Counted from the stretch's first letter, positions 20,518-35,844 are shown. The stretch is DNA of 64,000 nucleotides from Oligoflexia bacterium (GCA_963758495.1 CAVWVI010000003.1:1024001-1088000), one strand, 5' to 3'. The notes: generated from the sequence alone by a model not told the origin. A program made the numbers and translations.

Positions 20518-21699
20518 ATGATGATTAGCCTTGTCCTTACTGCAGGAGGTGCTCGCGGCGCCTATCAAGCCGGTGTACTCAAAAAAATGGGAGAACTTTC
20601 ACGACTGCGAGATCAGCCTTCCCCATTTGAGATTGTAACTGGAGCTTCTGCAGGGGCTATTAATGGTGCTTGGATCGCAGCAGGTAGCGGAAGGTTCTCT
20701 CAAGCAACCATTCAACTTGCAGACCTCTGGGGACAACTCCGACTTCAAGATGTAATCAAGGTTGATCCACTTTCTTTGGGAAAAGGAAGTATTCGCTGGA
20801 TATGCGATATATCCATGGGAGGATTCATCGGAGGCGGTAATGCTCAATCTCTTTTAGATTCTTCTCCACTCAGAGCTCATTTATTAAAGAATATCCCTTT
20901 CAAAGGGATTCAAGAATCCATTTACCAGCGCCATCTTTACGCATTGGCAATCTCTGCTACAAGTTACTATTCGGGTAAGTCCTATACGTTTATCCAAGGC
21001 CAAGCAGGCCATCCTCTGTGGGAAAAAAGCAGACGTACATCACTTTCTGTAACACTGGACGTCGATCATATCTGGGCGTCCTGCGCCATTCCCATTATCT
21101 TTCAGCCAGTCTTGATCCAAACAGAAATTGGAAATTATTATTTTGGTGATGGAGGACTACGACTCATTAACCCGTGCAGTCCTGCAATACGTCTGGGTGC
21201 AGATCGAGTTTTTGCAATTGGAATTCGTTCACAAAAATCTGCAGAGCTTCGATCCAAGATCGAGCTTTTAGACAATGGAGAGAAGAAACCCGTCATGAAG
21301 AGCCCTCCCCTCGCACAAGTGATCGGTGTTACACTCAATTCGATTTTTCTCGATCATTTAGATACCGATCTTGAACATCTTAAGCGCATGAATGAAATTC
21401 TAATTTCTTATGGTGTTGATTCTAATGGGAGTTCAAAGACAAAAGAACCCATGCGGGTCATACAGCCATTGACTATTAATCCATCGGTAGATTTAGCTGT
21501 TGTAGCAGAACAGTTTTCCCAAAAAATACCGAGGCTCATGCGCTATTTCATGGAAGGTTTAGGGAACTCCAAAGCCCAAAGTGCTGACTTAATGAGCTAT
21601 TTACTCTTTGATTCCAATTACACTCAGGCACTTTTAGATATCGGCTACCGAGATGCAACCGCGGCTTTACCTGAAATTGAAGAATTTTTGTGGGGCTAA
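20518..21699 (+). CDS. Patatin-like phospholipase
   Basis: GGARGAYQAG, GASAG, DGG. Confidence 0.92.
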   Translation: MMISLVLTAGGARGAYQAGVLKKMGELSRLRDQPSPFEIVTGASAGAINGAWIAAGSGRFSQATIQLADLWGQLRLQDVIKVDPLSLGKGSIRWICDISMGGFIGGGNAQSLLDSSPLRAHLLKNIPFKGIQESIYQRHLYALAISATSYYSGKSYTFIQGQAGHPLWEKSRRTSLSVTLDVDHIWASCAIPIIFQPVLIQTEIGNYYFGDGGLRLINPCSPAIRLGADRVFAIGIRSQKSAELRSKIELLDNGEKKPVMKSPPLAQVIGVTLNSIFLDHLDTDLEHLKRMNEILISYGVDSNGSSKTKEPMRVIQPLTINPSVDLAVVAEQFSQKIPRLMRYFMEGLGNSKAQSADLMSYLLFDSNYTQALLDIGYRDATAALPEIEEFLWG

Positions 21700-23002
21700 T
21701 ACTTTGAACAATAAGAAGATCTATTTAGGCTTGATGACCTATGCCATTTTTTCCTTAGGCAGTATGGCAATGATGAGCCTCAGCATAGGTTTTTTTATCG
21801 CAATGCTGATCTGGGAATATCAAGGCCCTGCTCCTCTTCTCTCGGATTTACATAAACTTTATAAAGATCATGACTTCATCCGCTGGTATTTTTGGGTTTC
21901 AGTATTCTTTGTCGCCATGTGCTTTATAAGTTTAGCAGGACTTATCATTTTTCCAGTAGAGTTCAATCACGAAACTGTAACCATTCATTGGGTAAAAGAC
22001 CTAGGTAAAAACTGGTATTTCATCCTTCCACCTTTATTTGGAGTAGCCTGGCTAAGACTTTCAGAAATACAACGGAAGACGGTTCTTCGCGCTTGGTTTT
22101 TAAGTTTCGGAGTACTCTCGATTGTAGGAATATTTCAGATATTTACAGGATGGCCTCGGGCGCAAACCAATCCCCTTCTTCCAGGATTTTTTCATACTAC
22201 TTTACTTTTTGGTCATCATCTTTCTACTGCAAATATATTTATCTTTCCGTTCTTTGCGATCTTAGACTCTCTCATCCAGAAAAAACCTATCCTATCTAAA
22301 CCGATTCTTTGGAGCTTTTTTATTTTAGGGCTTGTTGTTCTTTTCTTCACCTATTCACGAACACTCTGGGTCGCACTCCCCTTAGGGTTTATTTTTTGGG
22401 CATTTCTCAGACTTCCTGCCCGAGCAAGTATTGTATCATCTGTCGTTGTTCTCACTTCAACCGTGGCACTCACTAAGCTACCCATCGTTCAAACTCGAAT
22501 TCAAAATTTAATGGGAGTTCATACTCGATTTGCTATTTGGAAAGCAAATTTTGATTTTTTTAGATTACGCCCATTCACAGGCATAGGGTTTGGGAAAAAC
22601 CATGACTTATATACCCTTTATTTTAGAGAAAAAAACCCAAGCATTCAGGACTTTTTTACCGGCCATGCTCATAATATCTATTTGGAAAATTTGGCAGGTC
22701 TCGGCGTACTTGGATCAATTGCCTGGTTTTTATGGATGGGTGTTATCTTCAAATGTCTTTTCTACTGCCTCAAAAGTACTCGAGATGAGATCCTTTCCAG
22801 AGGTTTACTCTCCGCGTGGATTGTTTTCCTCATTAATGGATTAACCCAAGTCAATTTTTGGGAAGCAAAAGTTTTACACCAGATTATGTGGATTACAGGA
22901 ATCATTCTTTTTCAAGCCATTACGGTTTCAAATGAAATCATGCCTGAAAAATCTGCTTACACACTCATTAATAAAAGTCGCTCCCTTAAAGTTCTACAAT
23001 AG
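21653..23002 (+). CDS. O-antigen ligase (Wzy_C) family protein; true start probably near 21705
   Basis: TYSRTLW, RPFTGIGFG, HAHNIYL, many TM segments. Confidence 0.85.
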   Translation: MQPRLYLKLKNFCGANTLNNKKIYLGLMTYAIFSLGSMAMMSLSIGFFIAMLIWEYQGPAPLLSDLHKLYKDHDFIRWYFWVSVFFVAMCFISLAGLIIFPVEFNHETVTIHWVKDLGKNWYFILPPLFGVAWLRLSEIQRKTVLRAWFLSFGVLSIVGIFQIFTGWPRAQTNPLLPGFFHTTLLFGHHLSTANIFIFPFFAILDSLIQKKPILSKPILWSFFILGLVVLFFTYSRTLWVALPLGFIFWAFLRLPARASIVSSVVVLTSTVALTKLPIVQTRIQNLMGVHTRFAIWKANFDFFRLRPFTGIGFGKNHDLYTLYFREKNPSIQDFFTGHAHNIYLENLAGLGVLGSIAWFLWMGVIFKCLFYCLKSTRDEILSRGLLSAWIVFLINGLTQVNFWEAKVLHQIMWITGIILFQAITVSNEIMPEKSAYTLINKSRSLKVLQ

Positions 23003-23066
23003 AATTTTTCCTCGGTATAAATATTGAAATTCTTAAAGTTAACTGTTCCTAAAAAGGAGAAATTTT

Positions 23067-23498
23067 ATGACAAAATCAGTCATTTCCTCACTATTGGCAT
23101 TTCCACTATTTTTATCTTCCCTTGCTCCAAATGTCATGGCTGCTGCAACTGAAGACCTCAAAAGTAGCTTAAAACAGGCTTGTCAAACAGATATTCAACA
23201 GTTCTGCAGCAACGTAACTCCGGGTCAGGGACGCGTAATGGCATGCTTAAAATCTTATGAGGATAAACTCTCTAGTAGTTGTAAGCAACAATGGCAATCG
23301 GTGAAATCTGAGTGGCATAAAGCAATGAAGGGTGCTCACGCAGCATGTGCAGGTGATATTCAGAAATTCTGTAGCAGCGTAGATACCCCAAGGGACATCA
23401 AAAACTGCCTGGATGAACATAGTACCGACCTATCCAGTACTTGTAAAAGCTTTCGACAGAGCAATCAGGATAACCAGGGCAATAAAACACAAAGCTAA
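23067..23498 (+). CDS. Secreted cysteine-rich repeat (GLG1-like) protein
   Basis: Signal peptide; two ACxxDIQxFC...CL......LSSxCK repeats; strong RBS AAGGAG. Confidence 0.85.
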   Translation: MTKSVISSLLAFPLFLSSLAPNVMAAATEDLKSSLKQACQTDIQQFCSNVTPGQGRVMACLKSYEDKLSSSCKQQWQSVKSEWHKAMKGAHAACAGDIQKFCSSVDTPRDIKNCLDEHSTDLSSTCKSFRQSNQDNQGNKTQS

Positions 23499-23539
23499 AA
23501 ATGCTCTCACTCATGACCCAGGCTTTTAAGATTAAAGTA

Positions 23540-23570
23540 GACTCAGGAGAAATGAATTTTCTCCTGAGTC
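23540..23570. terminator. Probable bidirectional terminator between convergent genes
   Basis: Perfect 13-bp stem GACTCAGGAGAAA / TTTCTCCTGAGTC. Confidence 0.8.
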
Positions 23571-23577
23571 AGTTTTA

Positions 23578-24129
23578 TTAATAACCCGGTATACAAGAAA
23601 CAAGTTGGCAAGATTGATCACCATTAGATTCGTAATAACATCTATCTAAAGCTTGATCTTCGATTTCTGCAATTCCATCTCGGAAATTATACCCATATTC
23701 TTCTTGTGTAACAGGATACTGCTCACCATAAGAATCTTCAGCAGTACAAGTCACGAGATGAACACGTCCCCAATCGAAATTATATCCAGGTCGAGCAAAC
23801 CAGGGATGCCCCCAACGTGGCCAATGACGATAGCCCCCATGAATAGGGATCGGCTCATGGACATGGCCAGGACCGTGATAGCCTGGACCACCATGACCAG
23901 GGCCATGCCATCCTGGACCACCATGGCCAGGACCATGATAGCCTGGACCACCATGACCTCCGCCACCGTGCGCTCCGCCACCATGCCCGCCACCACCTCC
24001 ACGATCTATTTCTACAGAAGAGTCCCCTCCCATTTCCAATGAGTCCTCCGTAGCCCACGTTTTGTAACTGATAATAGAAGTTAAAAATAATACGAATACC
24101 ATGCAGTTTTTTAATTTCACTTTTAACAT
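23578..24129 (-). CDS. Secreted Gly/His/Pro-rich repeat protein with a 4-Cys C-terminal domain
   Basis: Signal peptide; RBS GGAGG; (HGGPG[YW]HGPG)x3. Confidence 0.8.
   Translation of the reverse strand: MLKVKLKNCMVFVLFLTSIISYKTWATEDSLEMGGDSSVEIDRGGGGGHGGGAHGGGGHGGPGYHGPGHGGPGWHGPGHGGPGYHGPGHVHEPIPIHGGYRHWPRWGHPWFARPGYNFDWGRVHLVTCTAEDSYGEQYPVTQEEYGYNFRDGIAEIEDQALDRCYYESNGDQSCQLVSCIPGY
23862..23951. repeat. 3 x 30-bp coding tandem repeat
   Basis: catggccaggaccgtgatagcctggaccac-like units starting at 23862, 23892 and 23922. Confidence 0.9.
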
Positions 24130-24390
24130 TCCTCCAAAAATGTTGACTTCTAAACAACAGCGATCCGCTTTATTTCAGGAAAGATGCCATGAAGTATTAA
24201 ATGAATATTTCTTTTTTCTATTCTAATTTCAATAAGATACTAATCTTTAATATCAATGTAAAATTAGATGATTAATAAAGTCGGTGACATTTCAGATAAA
24301 AAATGGACTTTAATATTCAAACTTAGGGTCAAAGTGACCTCGGTAATTTAAATGCACTCTTATTTTAAGGAACTACTTACCATAGAAATG

Positions 24391-24450
24391 CAAAAGGCAC
24401 TGAATGCGGGATGGCTGAGTCAATTGCTCTCATCTCCCACACCAGTGCCT
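24391..24450 (-). terminator. Long stem-loop with T-tract downstream of the minus-strand OMP gene
   Basis: Outer stem AGGCACTG / CAGTGCCT with inner pairing, followed by TTTT on the minus strand. Confidence 0.6.
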
Positions 24451-24551
24451 CTATGCTTATAGACTCTCAGTATACGAGCAACTAATCACGCTAAGACAAA
24501 CAGTACTATTTACTTCCCTCACATCTCCGATACAGCTTAGCTAATCTAGTA

Positions 24552-25199
24552 CTATCTCATACCAAACCGAAGACCAACGATTCCTTGAATATCCGACCAT
24601 TTTGTAGTGCCAGCTGGATTAGGAGTACTTTGAATATCAGCAAGGCCCAATGCATAACGACCTTCCACCAAAAGCCCCACAGATGAACCCAATGGAAAAT
24701 TAAACCCTACACTACCCAACACACCATAATCTGATGTTTTGTAATTAAAATCAGAAAAATTACCCGAGACTCCTCCAACAGACGTTCCCGTACCCACCGC
24801 GTAATAACCACCTAAACCAATGTTCATAATTCGACTCAACCAAATTCTAAACTGAACGGGAATCTGGACATAGTTTAAGGTAATATTAAAAGATAAAGGT
24901 ATCGAAGAATCTGCAAACTTAAACGTACGTGGCAAATAAACACCACCTATTTCTAAACCGAGACGAGGTCCAAGCGGAAACTCTAACTGCGCACCCCCAC
25001 CATAACTTAAAACCGCAGTATCTGTTTGGGTAGCCGAAAGAGTACCGTCTTTCAAATTCGAATCGGTCCCTACGCCAAAAACCGAAAACTTCACTCCAGC
25101 GTATGCGCTAGGCACCGCTAGAACTGTTAAAAGAGCAGAAAGTAAAAAGATTTTATTTATTTTATTGTTCATATATCGGAGCACTCCTTTGCTCATCAA
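24552..25199 (-). CDS. Outer-membrane beta-barrel (OmpA-like transmembrane/porin family); start probably 25172
   Basis: Signal peptide; YVQIPV, VEGRYALGL, terminal GIVGLRF. Confidence 0.8.
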   Translation of the reverse strand: MMSKGVLRYMNNKINKIFLLSALLTVLAVPSAYAGVKFSVFGVGTDSNLKDGTLSATQTDTAVLSYGGGAQLEFPLGPRLGLEIGGVYLPRTFKFADSSIPLSFNITLNYVQIPVQFRIWLSRIMNIGLGGYYAVGTGTSVGGVSGNFSDFNYKTSDYGVLGSVGFNFPLGSSVGLLVEGRYALGLADIQSTPNPAGTTKWSDIQGIVGLRFGMR

Positions 25200-25448
25200 A
25201 ACTCCACTGAAGAGTTTACTAAGTTTGACTTCAAGAAAAAATTTGCAAAAAATGACTTATTGCAAATAACTCTCTCGGCCCGCATCTATTTTGTTAATTA
25301 TGCACTCAGCAAATGAAAACTACAAGCGGGGCGGCTTATGATAAATATATCGTCAAAATTATGTCGAACTTACTTTAAGGTTAAATTTTTTATGAATAGT
25401 TTTGGTAGACCTTTTGCAAATAAAAAAGCAAGTAGGAGAAATTTCAAT

Positions 25449-25997
25449 ATGATGTTTTCAACCTTCAATAGCACTCCAGAAGACGTTCGTAGAAAAGAAG
25501 TAGACTTTCTCAATCAACGACTGGCAGATTCGATCGACTTAGTCTACCAAGCTAAACAAGCCCACTGGAATATAAAAGGCATGGAATTTCGCTCCCTTCA
25601 TAAGTTGTTCGATAGAGTTGCCACGACTGTCGATAAATACGTTGACCGTTTTGCCGAACGTCTAGTTCAACTCGGCGGTGTCACAGAAGGGACCATTCAA
25701 TCTGCTGTCAAAAATACTTCACTTCCCGAATACCCGGTTCAACTTCTTACTGATGTCAATCATGTCAGTACAATCTGTGAACGAGTTTCTCAATATGGCA
25801 AATTTCTTCGCGAAGGAATCGAATTTTGTTCGAACTTAGAAGATGAAACCACTGCAGATCTCTTCATTGATGCAAGCAGGGACATTGATGAACTCACTTG
25901 GATGATTGAAAGCCATATTTTCAATCAAGAGAAGGTAGGCATTGAAGCTCCCATTGAATTAGAACAGCCAAGAAGGAAAAAGTCGGCTGTGGCTTGA
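25449..25997 (+). CDS. dps: Dps (DNA starvation/stationary-phase protection protein)
   Basis: KQAHWNIKG..FRSLHKLFD, DRFAERLVQLGG, TADLF, WMIESH; AGGAG before ATG 25449. Confidence 0.93.
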   Translation: MMFSTFNSTPEDVRRKEVDFLNQRLADSIDLVYQAKQAHWNIKGMEFRSLHKLFDRVATTVDKYVDRFAERLVQLGGVTEGTIQSAVKNTSLPEYPVQLLTDVNHVSTICERVSQYGKFLREGIEFCSNLEDETTADLFIDASRDIDELTWMIESHIFNQEKVGIEAPIELEQPRRKKSAVA

Positions 25998-26055
25998 TGG
26001 CGTGAATCAAGTTCTCAATAGGGGATAGCGTGATAGTACCATTTATTAGGCCTTT

Positions 26056-26599
26056 TCAGGGTATTGCGCCCCTGTGAATGAACATCATCGTTTTCCCATC
26101 CTCTCGTTTCTTGAGGACAATGAAACCAAACTCCTCATACCACACTACCAGTTTTGCAGTCCCTGCCAACAGTTCCACTCCAAAGTATCCTGCAACTTGT
26201 TCCTCCTTGATCCTGTGAAAAGCGCTAGCTAACAAGAAATCCCCCATTCCTTTTCCTTTCACTGAAGAATCTCGAGCCAGCATTCCAATGAGGACCGTTG
26301 GATAGCGAGAATACTTTGGAAGCCCCTTTTTAAGTTTTGCACTAAGACCTTCTATTTCGATGCTCGAGTTACTCAATGTGAAATACCCTAAAACTCGCTT
26401 TGTTGCCGGACTCACCGCAACATAAACATTACACAAGCCATTCGTCTGATTGATCCATGCATGCTTGATAATGAACTTATCGTAGAAATTTTCCCCACTT
26501 CTAAATTCTGAAACATCATGACTTGGATTGAGGGTAGTTCACCTTCTTCGGCTCCCGTACCAATTTTGAAATATCAGCGTCGCTTAATACAAATCCCAT
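26056..26599 (-). pseudogene. TacT/AtaT-like GNAT acetyltransferase, frameshifted near the N-terminus
   Basis: MGFVLSDADISKLVREPKKV, then a +1 shift at ~26539 into TTLNPSHDVSEFRSG...VLGYFTL...YPTVLIGMLARD..KGKGMGDFLL...WYEEFGF. Confidence 0.75.
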
Positions 26600-26763
26600 A
26601 TCAGACTTACTCTGCCTCATTTTCAGCAAGAATCCAAACAGCTTCGAGGGCTCTCAAACCCATTCCCAATATTGACAGCAGATAAATTCAGATGCTTTTT
26701 TATCCATTGCGAAAAGAGTTACCGTGGAGTTACGACTTGCCCAAACAGTATTTCCAGACCCAC

Positions 26764-26807
26764 AAATAAAAACGGCCCTCAGCCGGAGAACCGCGCTGAG
26801 AGCCGTT
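26764..26807 (-). terminator. Intrinsic terminator after tRNA-Val
   Basis: Stem aacggccctcagc / gctgagagccgtt, followed by TTTATTT on the minus strand. Confidence 0.75.
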
Positions 26808-26815
26808 GAAATCTA

Positions 26816-26890
26816 TGGTGCGAGCTATAGGGATTGAACCTATGACCTTGGCCGTGTAAAGACCCTGCTCTACCGCTGAGCTAAGCTCGC
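26816..26890 (-). tRNA. tRNA-Val(TAC)
   Basis: GCGAGCT-TA-GCTCAGCGGTAGAGC-A-GGGTC-TT TAC AC-GGCCA-AGGTC-ATAGGTTCAATCCCTAT-AGCTCGC-A-CCA. Confidence 0.9.
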
Positions 26891-26911
26891 ACTCTTGTGG
26901 AGGAAGATTTT

Positions 26912-31074
<4,163 letters not shown>

Positions 31075-34000
31075 TTAATTCAATTCGCCTTTTAACTCTT
31101 TGTCATCATCTTCTATTAGCTCGACGTTAAGCGCCAAACTCTGGAGTTCTTTTACGAGAACGTTGAAGGACTCAGGTAGACCAGGTTCAAGTAACTGTTC
31201 ACCCTTTACAATCGCTTCATACATACGATTACGTCCTGTAACGTCATCGGATTTAACAGTTAAGAATTCCTGTAAGCCGTAGGCTGCACCATAAGCTTCT
31301 AATGCCCAAACTTCCATTTCTCCCAAACGTTGACCACCAAACTGTGCTTTACCACCCAGCGGCTGCTGAGTAACCAAGCTATAAGGCCCAATGCTTCGAG
31401 CATGAATTTTTTCTTCAACCAAATGATGAAGCTTCAGCATGTACATAATACCTACTGTCACTTCTTCAGCAAATGGCTCACCCGTAACACCATCATACAG
31501 TGTGGTCTGTCCTCTGCTTGGCAAATCTGCAAGAGTTAACATTCTGTTAATATCTTTTTCACTTGCTCCATCAAAAACAGGAGTCGCTACATGGACACCT
31601 AATTTCAGATGCGACGCCATTTTCTTTAACTCATCATCCGTGGCCACATTTAAGTATTTATCCACTTCAGCATGATTATAGGTATCTTTCAGGAGTTTTT
31701 TCAGTTTTTCAGAACTGAAATTCTCAAGATAAGCATTCACTTTCTCACCAATACCGTGAGCAGCCCATCCTAATGTTACTTCCAAAAGCTGTCCAATATT
31801 CATACGAGAAGGCACGCCCAGAGGATTTAAAACCATATCCACTGGAGTTCCATTTGCCATAAATGGCATATCTTCCATCGGAAGAATACGACTGATCACA
31901 CCCTTATTTCCGTGGCGACCAGCCATTTTATCACCGACTTGAAGTCTACGCTTAATGGCAATTTGAACCTTAACCATCTTGATCACGCCTGGAGCTAATT
32001 CATCTCCACGCTTGAGCTTGTCGGTTTTTTCCTTAAATACGTATCGAATAGCTTCAATTTTTTCTTTTGCAATCTTCATGATTGCTGTGACTTCTTGCTC
32101 TAGCTCATCCTTAACAGGAATGAAGCCTAAGAGATCAAAAGGAATACTAGCTAAGGCTTCAAGACTAAGCTTCTCACCCTTTTTCAGCAATTCCTCAGAA
32201 CCATCTTCCGATAATAATTTACCAGTAGTGAGCGTACCGTCTAAAGACTTAGCAATTTTATTAAATGCTGATTGTCGAATAGCGTCGGTCTCAATCCGCT
32301 CATCACGCCGAATCTTACCAATCTGTTCCTCTAAAATTGACTTTGTTCGTTCATCCGGCTCAGTACCTTCACGAGCAAATACTTGAGCGTTAATTACAAT
32401 ACCTTGGACTCCGGAAGGTACTCGAAGAGAAGTATCGCGAACATCTCCGGCTTTTTCACCAAAGATCGCACGAAGTAACTTTTCCTCAGGAGAAAGCTGG
32501 GTTTCACCTTTAGGTGTAACCTTACCTACTAGAATGTCGCCTGGCTTAACCTCTGCACCAATGCGAATAATACCACTCTGATCCAAGTCTTTCAGTGCTT
32601 CTTCGCCGACATTAGGAATGTCTCGGGTAATTTCTTCTTTACCCAGCTTTGTATCTCGAGCCACACATTCAAATTCTTCAATGTGAATTGAGGTAAAAGT
32701 GTCTTCCTTAATTAATCGTTCAGAGATCAAGATCGAGTCTTCGAAATTATATCCACTCCAAGGCATAAATGCGATCAACACATTTTGTCCTAAAGCTAAT
32801 TCTCCCGCATCTGTACCAGGACCGTCTGCCAGAACATCTCCAGCTTTCAAGTGGTCTCCCACATTCACGACTGGTCTTTGCGTGACACACGTATTTTGAT
32901 TCGATCGTTGATATTTAGTTAGATTATAAATATCAACATCAGATCCCACATCATCACTTCGCAAGCCGGTTCGACGAACCACAATCTTCGTACCATCGAC
33001 CATAATCACTTCACCAGCATGGCGATTGATAATAATCTGGCCGGAGTCTCGCGCGACAACTCTTTCAATCCCTGTTCCTACCAATGGAGCATGGGTCCGA
33101 ATCAGTGGCACTGCTTGGCGCTGCATGTTAGATCCCATCAGCGCGCGATTCGCGTCATCATGCTCTAAGAATGGAATCAAAGATGCTGCAATAGATACCA
33201 ATTGATTTGGAGAGATATCCATCAACTCGATATCATCTGGATTAACAAGAGCGAAATCACCTTTACGTCGAGCAGAAATGAGTTCGTCTGATAAATTTCC
33301 ACTACGAAGAGCATCAGGAGCAACTTGCGCAATAACTTTGCTCTCTTCTTCCGTCGCCGTGAAAAACTTAATTTCATCTAACACAGCTCGACCATTTACA
33401 AGTCGGTATGGAGTTTCAATAAAGCCAAATTCATTAACGCGTGCGTAAGTAGATAAACTTGCAATTAACCCAATGTTTGGACCTTCTGGGGTTTCAATAG
33501 GGCAAATTCGACCATAGTGAGTATTATGAACGTCTCGAACTTCGAATCCTGCTCGCTCACGTGTTAATCCTCCAGGTCCCAATGCAGATAAACGACGTTT
33601 ATGGGTCACTTCCGAAAGAGGATTAGTTTGATCCATAAATTGTGAAAGCTGACTTGATCCAAAAAACTCTTTCACAACAGCAGAAACAGGTTTTTGATTA
33701 ATTAAATCATGGGGCATGAGAGTTTCAATTTCTTGAATACTCATTCGCTCCTTAATTGCTCGCTCCATGCGAACTAAACCAATTCTATATTGATTTTCGA
33801 TCAACTCTCCAACAGCTCGTACGCGACGATTGCCTAAGTGATCGATATCATCAATTGTCCCACGACCGTTGTTTAAGTCACAAAGATAATACAACGTAGA
33901 AAGGATGTCTTGCCGAGTCAAAATTGTCGTTTCAGGAGTAATAGCATTTTCTGGAAACTTATAATTTAACTTGAGCCGACCCACACGAGAAAGATCGTAG

Positions 34001-35208
34001 CGATCAGGATTGAAAAATAAATTTTCAAACAACTGCTTTGCTGCCTCCACTGTTGGAGGATCACCTGGACGCATTCTCTTATAAATCTCGATTAAAGCTT
34101 CTTCAGGACTAGAAACTTTATCTAAAAGCAAAGTCTCGCGAATAAACGGTCCATAGGTTAAATTGTCTGTGAAGATTACCTTCACATTCTGAATACCCTT
34201 GCCCCGTAACTCTTCAATTTTTGCTGCACTTAATTCTTGATTAGTTTCAAGAAGAACTTCACCCGTCTTTTCGTCCACTATGTCTTCAGAAGCAACTCTG
34301 CTTACAATAGCTTCAAATGGAACTTCTAAGCGTTTAATTCCAGCTTCTTGAATTCTCTTGATCACTGCCTTTGTGAATTTGCGATTTTTCTTAACAATCA
34401 CATCACCAGACTGTGGATCAACGATATCGTCTTCAGCTCGTTGTCCAGCAAGAATTTCAAGGTCTACAGTTTTGAAAAATTTACCATCTTTCTCAAAAAC
34501 CAGAATCTCACTTCTATAAAAGTAATTTAAAATTTCTTGATTAGACATCCCCATCGCACGCAAGATAATAGTTGCTGGTAACTTTCTCTTACGATCGATA
34601 CGTGCGTAAAGAATATCTTTATGGTCAAATTCAAAATCTAACCATGACCCACGATGAGGAATAACTCTAGCAGAGTATAAAATTTTTCCGCTAGAATGAC
34701 TCTTACCTTGATCATGATCAAAAATGACCCCTGGTGATCTATGGAGCTGGCTGACGATGACTCGCTCAGTGCCGTTAATAATGAAGGAACCAGCATCTGT
34801 CATGAGAGGAATTTCTCCCATGTAGACCTCTTGCTCCTTAATATCACGGATGTTACGAGTACTGGCTTCCTCGTCTATATCGTATACGACTAGACGTACG
34901 GTAATTTTAAGTGGAGCCGCGAAAGTCATCCCTCGCTGGCGGCACTCCCAGACATCGTACTTGGGTTTTTCAAGCACATAGCTTTCAAATTCCAACGAAG
35001 CCGTGCGATTAAAATCCTCAATAGGAAAAACCGACTTAAAAACAGCTTGTAATCCAGAGTTCTCACGCTTACCTGGCTGAACATCCGCCTGTAAGAACTT
35101 TTCATACGACTTTCGTTGTAGTTCTATTAGATTCGGAATCTCTACCGGGGAAGTGATTCTTGAAAAATCTTTACGAACTCGGTGATTTTCCGAAAAAAGT
35201 GAACCCAT
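31075..35208 (-). CDS. rpoB: RNA polymerase beta subunit
   Basis: [43 protein letters not shown]. Confidence 0.99.
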   Translation of the reverse strand: MGSLFSENHRVRKDFSRITSPVEIPNLIELQRKSYEKFLQADVQPGKRENSGLQAVFKSVFPIEDFNRTASLEFESYVLEKPKYDVWECRQRGMTFAAPLKITVRLVVYDIDEEASTRNIRDIKEQEVYMGEIPLMTDAGSFIINGTERVIVSQLHRSPGVIFDHDQGKSHSSGKILYSARVIPHRGSWLDFEFDHKDILYARIDRKRKLPATIILRAMGMSNQEILNYFYRSEILVFEKDGKFFKTVDLEILAGQRAEDDIVDPQSGDVIVKKNRKFTKAVIKRIQEAGIKRLEVPFEAIVSRVASEDIVDEKTGEVLLETNQELSAAKIEELRGKGIQNVKVIFTDNLTYGPFIRETLLLDKVSSPEEALIEIYKRMRPGDPPTVEAAKQLFENLFFNPDRYDLSRVGRLKLNYKFPENAITPETTILTRQDILSTLYYLCDLNNGRGTIDDIDHLGNRRVRAVGELIENQYRIGLVRMERAIKERMSIQEIETLMPHDLINQKPVSAVVKEFFGSSQLSQFMDQTNPLSEVTHKRRLSALGPGGLTRERAGFEVRDVHNTHYGRICPIETPEGPNIGLIASLSTYARVNEFGFIETPYRLVNGRAVLDEIKFFTATEEESKVIAQVAPDALRSGNLSDELISARRKGDFALVNPDDIELMDISPNQLVSIAASLIPFLEHDDANRALMGSNMQRQAVPLIRTHAPLVGTGIERVVARDSGQIIINRHAGEVIMVDGTKIVVRRTGLRSDDVGSDVDIYNLTKYQRSNQNTCVTQRPVVNVGDHLKAGDVLADGPGTDAGELALGQNVLIAFMPWSGYNFEDSILISERLIKEDTFTSIHIEEFECVARDTKLGKEEITRDIPNVGEEALKDLDQSGIIRIGAEVKPGDILVGKVTPKGETQLSPEEKLLRAIFGEKAGDVRDTSLRVPSGVQGIVINAQVFAREGTEPDERTKSILEEQIGKIRRDERIETDAIRQSAFNKIAKSLDGTLTTGKLLSEDGSEELLKKGEKLSLEALASIPFDLLGFIPVKDELEQEVTAIMKIAKEKIEAIRYVFKEKTDKLKRGDELAPGVIKMVKVQIAIKRRLQVGDKMAGRHGNKGVISRILPMEDMPFMANGTPVDMVLNPLGVPSRMNIGQLLEVTLGWAAHGIGEKVNAYLENFSSEKLKKLLKDTYNHAEVDKYLNVATDDELKKMASHLKLGVHVATPVFDGASEKDINRMLTLADLPSRGQTTLYDGVTGEPFAEEVTVGIMYMLKLHHLVEEKIHARSIGPYSLVTQQPLGGKAQFGGQRLGEMEVWALEAYGAAYGLQEFLTVKSDDVTGRNRMYEAIVKGEQLLEPGLPESFNVLVKELQSLALNVELIEDDDKELKGELN

Positions 35209-35332
35209 GCATGCTCCTAAAAAAGAATAAAAAAATACGTTACCGCACCCAGCCTACATGAATTTCAAAACAAGGCAAGGGTACGGTACGAATTTTGAAC
35301 CAGAGGTACCAAAAACGGCGAACAGATCTTGA

Positions 35333-35712
35333 TCACTTAATCTCGACCTTCGCTCCTTCAGCCTCAAGCTTTTTCTTAATATCGTCGGCTTCTTGCTTAG
35401 CAACGCCATCTTTCAATGTCTTAGGGGCGCCTTCAACAAGTCTTTTGCTTCTTTCAAGCCTAGACCAGTGATAGCGCGAACTTCCTTAATCACATTAATC
35501 TTCTTATCGCCTGCTGCGCTAAGAATAACTGTAAATTCAGTCTTTGCTTCAGCAACAGGTGCTGCTGCACCTGAAGCAGCTACTACTGCCATCGGCGCTG
35601 CGGCAGAAACACCAAACTTAGTTTCAAGATCCTTCACAAGCTGTGAAAGTTCAAGAACGGACATATTTTCAATAAAGGAAACAACTTGTTCCTTAGTAAC
35701 TGCAGTTGACAT
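35333..35712 (-). CDS. rplL: 50S ribosomal protein L7/L12, with a 1-bp deletion at ~35438
   Basis: [21 protein letters not shown], then the shifted frame [34 protein letters not shown]. Confidence 0.97.
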
Positions 35713-35844
35713 TTTATACCTCTTTTACTTCATACCCGCCGTCATCATGACTTAGGGCGTTGGTCCCTCTAGTTCTAATTAATAGGACCGATTGCTAGCA
35801 GCTTTCCTGACCACTAGTTAAAACGTTTATCCTCAAGCGATGCA

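Noticed and set aside
20518..21699. Patatin as a CBASS CapV-like effector for the Hypr cyclase
   Set aside because: It lies 14 kb away in an envelope/lipid gene run with no CD-NTase or Cap genes, and looks like a housekeeping patatin.
23862..23951. CRISPR array
   Set aside because: Contiguous in-frame 30-bp coding repeats without spacers; no cas genes.
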